This document shows positions 24,552-64,000 of a stretch of 64,000 nucleotides of DNA, in pieces. Where the stretch lies: the NCBI RefSeq assembly GCF_964204645.1, contig NC_134029.1, positions 23,554,950-23,618,949 of the forward strand. Direction: 5' to 3'. A program made the translations under genes and the position numbers. A model generated the notes under the pieces. That model saw only the letters and a list, made by a program, of their open reading frames with translations, was not told the DNA's origin and made no database searches. The first letter of the stretch is position 1. Every line of letters starts with the position of its first letter. This DNA is from Tubulanus polymorphus. Its lineage: Eukaryota; Animalia; Nemertea.

Positions 24552-27500
24552 CTTTTTCCTTCACCTGAAAGAAACTTTAGATTTTATTTGTTTTATATAA
24601 CTTCCATAGTTTTGTTTCTTGTTTTTATTTAACATGGCCATAAATTTCAAAGATCATATGTTACATAAAATAGGGGCGGATCGAATCCCAAATACAGGGG
24701 TAGCAATTATTCAAAAGGGCACATGGAGGCCGAAAGGAAGGAATATGAGGGGTCCCTGAACATCCTAGGCCGACGTTGTATAATGGTACGGCCACCGCCA
24801 TGCGCATTGCCTTTCAGGGGGGTCGCTCAGGGGGGTCGCACGTGCCGCAGTATTGCGATCATTAGTGTTAAACGTCTAGCGTCACTGGGCCCGTGACCGG
24901 ATGGTCTTACCTCTTCCGGTCGCCAGTCAACGAGTAACTTTTGAGTGACTGATTTCAAGCAAAAAATCCATACATTTCCGGCGATACAAAACTTTTTTTC
25001 TTGGTCAGTGATTCGAACATTGACCTGTTTCAAACCTGTGCTGATTACTACACCACTCCACTGCAGTGGTATTGCGTGTTTGAAGTTGGATTGGTGCTTT
25101 TTGAAGCATTCTTTGGTATTTTATAATTCTTTTTTTATTGTTTATCAGAGAAAAGATTCGTTACCATGAGGGGTTAATAAACACTCACTCGCTAGTCGCT
25201 ACACGCCTGAATGTCCCTGGTCTCATACAGGATAATTCAAAATCATATTCAGAAAATAATCATAAACATGAGTGAGGCTGAACAGCATATAAAATTTCAT
25301 TAAACAAATGTGTTGAACAGGTTAGATACAAACAAACAAGTAAACAAGTGTTATGCGGACACAGTATAACGAATGAAACTACAGTACAACGTATATAACT
25401 CCTCGGACAACCAGAGGACTACCCAGACCTCTCCAAACCAAGTAAAATCCGAACGGCTCCGGGCCAAATGGAATAAAAATTTCATCCGAATCGAATGTAA
25501 ATCCGGATTGAACTAAGCGAGTTCTGTGATATTTAAATAGAATATACGTTCCTATAATGTCTATTTGAACCCAACCCAAGAGGACCCTGGGCGTCCCAGC
25601 CTGCTAAGCAGCACAGGACCAGAATGGACTGGCAGCCGAATCGACTCCCAGTCCAATTCACACTGCATCGAAGGTGAATCCAAACCTTGATCACCGCGGT
25701 TTCGTAAACAATCGTAAACCGTGTAATAACTATTGATACCGTCGCTAATATACAGTATATAGCTAATATGTAAATAGGTATATATAGCTAACTCAATGTG
25801 ACCATCTTTAGAGCAATGTACGGGTACTTCAATTAATCGATTACTTATTGATGTTAACATCAATGAATCGCGAGAAGATCGTGAATTAAAAGGTCGTGGT
25901 ATTTAATACAGCAATGTCATGAAATACTCTAACAGTCTGCAGCGAGAATCGTATCATCCATATATGTACATGTACTCATATTCATCATTCCCATTTTCAA
26001 AGAAATCAATTAAAGTGGCGTCCACAATATGCAAATGTTTTTTTTTCAGATGGATTACAACAAAGAGGTGCAGAATAATGATCATAAAATGGCGCAATTA
26101 ATGTACCGATTCTTAGTCACCCGCATCTAATTTTTGTTGGAAGACAACAAGATTACGCTAGAATTTTCATGTAAAATCATATTAATCGTTAGTTTTTATA
26201 GAAAATTTGGGGGGCTCTGACGAATGAAACTAATGGTGTATAAGGTAATTGTTCATGATATGAGATATCTGTCAAGAGGTTAAGCGTCATATTCTTCAGA
26301 CAACACACGAATTAGAACAAAAATACGGTTTTTCTTGTAGTAAATTGATTAACACGAAATTTGATATAATGCCGTTAACGTACAATTTAGAAAAGCATAA
26401 TTATATTCATCAACTTACCTTTAATACAAGGAGCTGAGGATTATGAATCGGTTGCTTGCCTCTCAGTTCACTGGACCGGAGTGTGCCGAGCTCCGAGTAA
26501 TGAATGCTTCAACACGTCATAATTGATTGGGGATATTTCATGATCGCTCGCTCGCTTGATGATTTTATGACCTTTGGTGACGATTATTAAAAGATTCCTC
26601 GCATTCTGGTATAAAATCAGCTTCTATGAATACCGTGTTTCTCATTGTGCTGAACTTAAGACCCAGCCGGTTGCCTACCCTGTCCATCACTTTTTTAAAC
26701 ATCATGATCAAGCTAACCATATCAGACCCGGCAACCATAGAAATAAACTGATTACTCTTATTGCAGTTTACAAAATGTCCCGGCTAATTAGGAGATACAA
26801 GGTATCGTTTTATGTTAGCCTTAGCTCCGACGGGTTTACTTGGGTCTGTACAACGCGAATCAATTTTTGCGTGGATGAACGACCAGAGCGCGGGCGGGGT
26901 TGGTGATTTCCGAACCAATTATGTGAAGTGGTCATCATGTAGACGCGTGTTTTATTTGCTTTGCCGCGGAACAAATTCAGATCTCATTTTGATGGAAAGA
27001 AGATGACTTTTGAAGTATTCTCTCCATTAACGAACGGCTATATACGTCTATGCGATCGCCAAATGTCGATAAAAGATGCCGATGAATGCATCAAAAATCT
27101 CAGTCAGATGCATATTGAAAAAATCGAAACGTTAGATGTATAGACCTGCGTGGTAGCGAATAGCTTGTTGCTAATGAAAATCAAATAGGTATCGAGGGGC
27201 CAATGATGCCAGCGTCAATCGCAATTTATTACAGTTCCGTAAATTCAATAGAACACATAGAATTGTAACAAGGCACTAAGAGTCTACCTGTGTACCTACT
27301 GCTGAGTATCTTCCGGTCTGAACGTTATGAAAGCTTTAATGAGATCATATCGGTCCGTGTTTGAACTCAGTGTGTTACATGGCAACCGACCACCGGGAGC
27401 AGACAAAACGCGTCGAACGCAATCAAAAATGTAATTTAGACCTTGAAACAAGCGCTTTTTCTCGATAAACTCCGCAATGGTCATTAGTTTGTTTCCCTTT

Positions 27501-28411
27501 GACGTTGAATCTCGCAAAACTCCCAACTGAATCTTCCCAAATGAGTCGCGTGACTCCGTTCAAGCCGGTTCAAACGGCTGCCGTGAGTATGGAGTCTAAA
27601 TTTGTTTCTGGGAGGTTTCTAATTTGTTTCTGGGAGGTTTCTAAATTCGAACCGTGTAGGGCCAGCACCGGAAATCCAACGGTCCAAAGGATTTTAGGGG
27701 GTAGAATCAAATATAGTTTTGAGTGCATACCCAGGTTGTGTCTTAGAGGGTTGTGAACAAATGTAAGACAGCGCTGAGATGAACGCAGTCCATGTATGCA
27801 AGTTACATAAACGTAGGTAGTCCGATACGATAGTACATGGATAGTACAGCCGTTTGGAAAAGGACTAATTCCAGTAATGGATATTTTCGGAGTCACCCAG
27901 CTCTTGATCATCGTTCAGCGTCCCGTTGGTAGACTGGTTGCCAGTTTCGATCTTGTGGCGCCAGTCTATCCCGTCGGCGCGCGATAAGACATAATGTGGA
28001 GACCACCAGGAAATGAACCAATGTTTTGAATTAGATTTTCTCAATTTTGGGTTAACATTCTAATGATTATTAAGCCGTTGAGGCAATTAATTAATTGTTT
28101 TAATTCTCGGTCTTGAAGACTGCATTCAATTTAATTTGGCAAGGCCCAGGCATTATTTTGAAGAAGGTCGAGTGATGACGATAAGATGATCGATATAGCC
28201 TGCAGCAGGCAGCAGGCAAACACCGCGGGCAAGGCCTAAAAAGTAAACGTAACTACCTGACTACTAGTACTACACTCCAAAGCCAGACTACGCACTATCT
28301 AAACAGGTGGGTTAGGCTTAATACGATCAAATCAGTTCTGTTGACTGCAAAAATATTGAGTGCTTTGCCCGTATATTTTGTTCTCTTTGTAGATCAAAGA
28401 TGCGATGAAAA

Positions 28412-58145
<29,734 letters not shown>

Positions 58146-59240
58146 TCAATGTATTTGTTTGAAATTCTCGGGCTTCTTACAGATCAGGGAATCCGATAGA
58201 TATTCTCTCGGTGGGAGCTCTTTCTTTTCATGACCACCAAGAACATAACAACAAATATTGATTCACTGACTTTTCCCTGATATTCAAGGAAAAGTCAGAA
58301 TTGCCTGCTGGAAAAAATTCATTCGGAATTCCGTTTATTTGTAAGAAAACCTTCAATTCTGTACTTAATAATAGCTACTGTAATTGTAGGCCTGTAATGT
58401 ATGATATATTAGTATTTGTAACGGAGCTACAGGGCTGACGGAACCAGGGTGGCTTTTGTCGCGCCAATAATTTTGCCAATGGTATTTTTCTCTGAAGGTT
58501 ATTCCAAAACTTTTACTAGACCTGCTCCCATCCCTTTGAAATGTTATGCAGGATAATTCTATGTTCTCAATTTGCCCCCAGAGCCTTCGAAATGCATCCA
58601 TCTAAAACAATGGATATTAACGCTCGGATATGAGCCTGGCCATTGACAACCTGTTTCCGCTGGCCTTGAAATATAAAATGTGTAATTGATAATTGATGAA
58701 AAATAACATCTTATTTCAAGGTTCATAATCTATGAATCTTTCTTTATTGTGATATACTTAATTAAATATAGATGAGTTTAGCTCATCTTCTCTGGAAGCA
58801 TTTAAACTTTTCTAGATGAAATATAGGATTAAGAACTTGCATTTATTTTTTTAAGAAAGGTTATGTTTGATATAAATGTGTTGAATTTTTTATGAATAAA
58901 ATCCAAATTCTACTTGTAATATCTGCGTTTACTCAAGCATACTTTATGGGAATGAATGTAATATGAAGTATCTTCAATACTATGACCCCTGTGACCCTTA
59001 ACTGAAATAAGTTAAGACTTGGTCAGTAATTGGTTAAGTCATAGAGGTGTTGCCGGATCCACAGCTGGGTGTCACACGAGTGGGCGAATCCTTTTCGTAG
59101 ATATATACTAACAATCGCTCACAAACTATTTATATGTATAAAATTTCTACCAAGTTGCGACTATAAGGCGAACTGCATATGCGCAATGAGACACGAAGAG
59201 GACAATAAGGATGAAAGGGCCAATTGGCTCATGCATCTAA

Positions 59241-59311
59241 CTACTACTACTGCTGCTACTGCTGCTACCGCTGCTACTGCTGCTACCGCTACTACTACTA
59301 CTACTACTACT
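59241..59311. repeat. (CTA/CTG)n trinucleotide microsatellite
   Basis: Directly visible between the BRCA2 and PRMT9 3' ends. Confidence 0.9.
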
Positions 59312-60002
59312 TAACTCTAGTTAAATTGTGCAGGAATTGCACAGAAAAGGAAACCTAACAAATTCTGGTTGTTCTTTCTAATGAGTAAGCGGTTTTAAGG
59401 ATATTGCTTTATAACGAACTCTGGAAATATGTCATATCGCACACCATCTCGAAAAGGAACATTTGAAGATGTTCATAGTAGTCTATGGTGTGGTTAATGA
59501 ACATATTTGAACATTAAGCGTCATTTCAACCGAGAACCCCTTCAGAGATAGGCACTCTTCCGGAATTCTGCATACCCCACCTTAAAGATCAGCTCTGCCT
59601 GAATTTCCTTGAAATAATATGGGAAATGTGTAATTTCTCGACTTGACTGAAGCAACGCCTTGTTGAGATTGACAGCAAAGAGCATCGGAGAACAGCAAAC
59701 ATCTAGAATCACTCAAAATCAAAACTAAAACTACTACAAGATATAATAAGCTTATTATATATTCAATACAAATACTTATGTAACACGTATCTGTTTTATC
59801 AAATAACAAAGTTAAAGATCGTTAAATTTAACAAAGTAAATTTGAATTCATGATTTTATGAATTTTCTTTCAACAACATGCATCAAACTTACGCGATCGC
59901 CTTAAAACAATTTGAAACAAAAACGTCATCATGAACCAACAATAGACGGGGTACTTGTTAATTCGAGTTCAGTTCTGCTAAAGCGTTTATCTCAAAATGA
60001 GA

Positions 60003-63000
60003 TTATTTGTATTTTTCGACCTTTATATCGATGCAGCTATTTTTTAAGACCGCTTTCACCGTAAGAGTTTGTCCCGACGATACGTCGAGATCGTTTTTCT
60101 GCATAACCGCCGCGAGTTTCCAATGCGAGTTTTTATCCAACGTACTTATATTCACTTTATCGGCGAGTTCGAATTCGAACCAGTACAACACGGCAGTCAC
60201 GTGACCGCATTCGCTGGTTTCGACGTTAAATACTTGTCGTTGTTCGAGGAACGATGGAATACAACCGCTGACCGACGGTTCGTTCAACATCAGATCGAAC
60301 AGTTTAAACGGTTGAGACAGACGCACGTGTGGCAACGTGAACAGATCAATATCAACATGAGTCGTCATCTGTAAATAAATATATCTCTATTTAAATAAAG
60401 GTCCAGCTTAATCCAGATCAGTTGTAGGGGAGCCGTGTGAACCACGAAGGGGGGGTAAAATTTCCAAATTATTTATCTTCAGTTTTTCAACGCATTTCAA
60501 AGTACGTTTTAGATAAACGTCCATATTTTCAAGGTGTTTAAAATGGATTGGATCGGTACTTTCTTTACCTGAAAATCATTCATATATTTGGCAATATCGA
60601 GACCTAGGACTCTGTCATCATTCACTACACCACTGTCTTCTTCCAGTTCAGCGCTACTGATCAACATTCCGTGTACAGTGACTACATTAGGCATCACAAT
60701 TCCACCATTTCTTAAACATGTGATTCTGTAAAATTGAAGAATATTTCATACGATACAACAATTGATACAGAGTCCCACAATCGATGATATTTCAGTGTTT
60801 TTTATCCGATAGTTTCAACATTTATCTAAATCTCGTCTTCAGAGAAACAATTGATTTTAGGTAAATCTCGAAACTGCCGAATAAGATAAACTCGATAGAT
60901 GAAATATCATCGAAGTGAGATTATTCATTATCTTCATCTACTGAGAATTAACCCTAGTTGGTTAATAAGCAAAACCCACAGTTTATAATTTAACAATTTA
61001 TTCTGACAGTTTTAAATTTTGAAGTTTTCAAATAAACTTCATCATCAGAGAAATGAAAATGACATAAAAATGATTATTGTGACATTATTTCTGTTTCTCT
61101 GATGTTGACGTTTAGTCAAAATGTCGAGACTGTCAGAATAAATCAGAGTCATCAACTGTTTGTATTGCTTATCAACTCTGAATACTGATATCAGTATCAG
61201 TCTCTAACTGTCACGGTGATTCGTCTAAGACTGGTATTGAATGTAAGCCATGACCTATCTCTGGAATAATCACCTCGCTAATGCGATATCTTCGAGAATT
61301 TGTTGTCTCAGGGCTCCGCATGGTTCCACTAAATCGGTCAACAACATCGTAGACGTTTCTTCAAATTCATCGAAATTACGATTTCCAAAAACGATCCGAC
61401 TAGCCGCGATACCGTTAGCGGCGGCTATACTCAATACGAAAGCCTTCGATTCATCGGTATAATCCGTTATTAAAACATTGTTCACACCGATCATAATAGC
61501 CTGCAATCCTAATAACGACACACCTTGACACATGTCTATCATTGATAAATCACTAGTGTTCGATATTTTACTGTTCACTATTTTCTGAATAGCCTCGCAG
61601 TAAGCCTTATTACAGTAAATATCGTTCAAACATGAAATATCATTCGGATCGAGAAGATAAACTTGTCGATCGGTAACATGTAAATCTGGCGGCTGGAAAA
61701 ATGAACGATTCTCCGGTTTTCGGTACAATTCGATCAGTGCTGCGTTGTGATTGTCGTTTTCTTGACCATCAACGATTTGTGACGTTTGTGGTTGAGATGG
61801 AGTCATGTGACTCGTCTGCTGCGGAGATGGAGTCATGTGACTTGTCTGCTGCTGAGATGGAGTCATGTGACTTGTCTGCTGCTGAGAAGGAGTCATGTGA
61901 CCTGTCTGCTGTTGAGAAGGATTCATGTGACTCATCTGCTGCCGAGACGAAGCGATGTGACTAGTCTGCTGTTGAGATGGAGTCATGTGACCTGTCTGCT
62001 GCTGAGACTGAGTCATGTGACTAGTCGGTGGCTGAGATGGAGTCATGTGACCTGTCTGTGGTTGAGAAGGAGTCATATGACTCATCTGCTGCTGAGACGG
62101 AGTCATGTGACTAGTCTGCTGCTGAGACGGAGTCATGTGACTAGTCTGCTGCTGAGACGGAGTCATGTGACTAGTCTGCTGCTGAGACGGAGTCATGTGA
62201 CTAGTCTGCTGCTGAGACAGAGTCATGTGACTAGTCGGTGGCTGAGATGGAGTCATGTGACCTGTCTGCTGCTGAGACTGAGTCATGTGACTAGTCGGTG
62301 GTCCCGAGTAAACGATAGGAACGGTAAAATCAGAGACGAATGATAAATTAGCGATACCGTGAGTATGCTCTTCGATTGAAGCGGTGAAGTCTGCGTTTAT
62401 TTCGTCTCCGATCGAGCGACAGAATTCGATCGCTCCGACATTTGTCACGTTTGAAGACGGTGATTCAATGTCTATTTCGACGTCATTAATCGATGGCGTT
62501 CTATCCGATATCGGTGATTCCGATGCGACTGCGTCGACTAAATTAACAATGTTTTTCATCGTCGGTATAAACGGACTACTGGAGCCAGTCGGAGTCGTGC
62601 CGGTCGGAGTCGCGTTGCAGCCGGTCTCTGGAGTTGCGGAGCCTGTTTTAAAACGAACGATATTGCGACAGAAGAATTCGAGGCAGCACGGCGAGCTGAC
62701 ACATTCAACTTCTAAAAGATCCCCGGTTCTAACTGAGAAATTCTCCCGTTTATCTGAAACAAAGAGATTTCCGTAAATCATTAAATCTGGCGTTAAAATG
62801 AATTAGGTGTTATAAATAATGGTATATCTACTGAATTTGGGTTGGATTGAGCTAAATTGTTCTCTGAAAAGTGTTGACGTTAGATGAGCAGTGGCATTGA
62901 AATGGATGGAAGCGTCATAACGGACTTAGAGTGTAAATCTTACTCGAAGTTCTGAGATGTTTCTGTTGAACCGGATATATCGCTTGTTGCCAACACGTGT

Positions 63001-64000
63001 TACTCTCCGGTGCTGTACAGATCATCGTCACATCATCCAACTCCAGGTCAAACCACATGGCAAACGCATCCACTTTCCCCGAACAGATCATCGTCATATT
63101 CAGATTAAAGGTTCGACCGTTCATGTAATCAGATATTGCCTACAAATATGTATATACTATGTATTCAGAGCTGGAGTCAGATCGAAACTAAATCTGCTTC
63201 ATTCTGTTGTTGATGAATTACCTGCGGACTATTGAAGTCTATTTCACAAACAGCGTTTACAGCTGACAATCGCTTGTATCCATTTCGAAGTTGTTCTAGT
63301 TTCTCGCAAGAATACGGTTCATAGTTATCACCCATTACGAAAGTATTACTGGTGGTTGTGACTGATGAGAGATCTAAATGCCTCATAGCCGGATATACTA
63401 GTCTAACAAGAAAATTGATTACTGTATGAATGAAATATTCCAGGCTTTGGAAAAAGAAGTGCAGAATACTTTAGGACAAGTTTAAATGCAGCAATAGATT
63501 ATGGAAAACGTAGTTCAAAGAAATCTCCAAAAGTTTCTGCCTAGCTTAATGTCACCCTCAATAGTTATCATAGCTAAGATTTAAAATGGTAACGTTTTAT
63601 AAGGCGTCAAAAATACATTCAACCGAAGTGATATCTGTATGAGTTACCTGTGTTGTGTTCTTATATCCTCACTTTCAATAGCACAAACATAGACAATAGC
63701 CGAGGATGGGATAACACGACCTCCGCCCCAAGACGTAAACCAGCCCGGCGACAGTAATAATTCCTTCCAAGCGTGGTTTAGCGTCGGTAATATCTGTTCG
63801 CCCAGTAAACCAGCATCTACAATCTCTGTCACCACTAACTTAGCCCTGAAATAATCACCAGCATAAATTAACTAATTAATCAACGAATACAGACTCATAA
63901 TCAAGTCGTTCTATAATTACCTATCAGGGATGTCTTTGCCGATTTCTAGTTGAGTTGATTTTTTATGTATTAACGATATTTTATCCGACATTCCGTTCGC
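60003..64000 (-). CDS. PRMT9: Protein arginine methyltransferase 9, 3' portion (5' end outside the window)
   Basis: VTEIVDAGLLGEQILPTLNHAW, EPYSCEKL, DAFAMWFDLELD...CWQQAIYPV; second module DMCQGVS, DLVEPCGALRQQILED and AVLYWF...HWKLAAV. The duplicated-MTase layout and these motifs match PRMT9. Confidence 0.88.
61775..62300 (-). repeat. Coding minisatellite, ~17 x 30 bp (SHMTPSQQQT), in the PRMT9 inter-domain linker
   Basis: AGTCATGTGA core recurs every 30 bp from 61801 to 62281 within an uninterrupted ORF (exon 62753-61274). Confidence 0.95.

Noticed and set aside
24700-28300. Numerous short ORFs between SULT and BRCA2
   Set aside because: No recognisable motifs; likely UTR introns, promoter DNA and repeat fragments.

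Overview
AT-rich, intron-containing animal (invertebrate, probably lophotrochozoan) genomic DNA; no prokaryotic features, rRNA or CRISPR seen. Gene order: 3' end of a GnRH/AKH-type GPCR (+), an intronless orphan class-A GPCR (+), a MATE/SLC47 transporter (-), a DIRAS/RASD-like GTPase (-), NDUFA2 (+), a SULT1-like sulfotransferase (-), a ~30 kb BRCA2 gene (+) and the 3' part of PRMT9 (-). Highlights: (1) BRCA2 has 16 near-identical tandem 120-bp BRC repeats with higher-order duplication structure, plus 3 divergent BRC repeats (~19 in total). (2) A complete antisense NLR-like gene (DZIP3-type HEPN, CARD, NACHT, LRR; HEPN catalytic motif apparently lost) is nested in a 7.7 kb intron of the BRCA2 DNA-binding domain. 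(3) The NLR and PRMT9 each carry an in-frame 30-bp coding minisatellite. Introns hold several MITE families (Merlin-like, piggyBac-like, Harbinger-like) and SINEs. Exon boundaries and family calls were read by eye from GT-AG sites, frame continuity and remembered motifs; no database searches were run.
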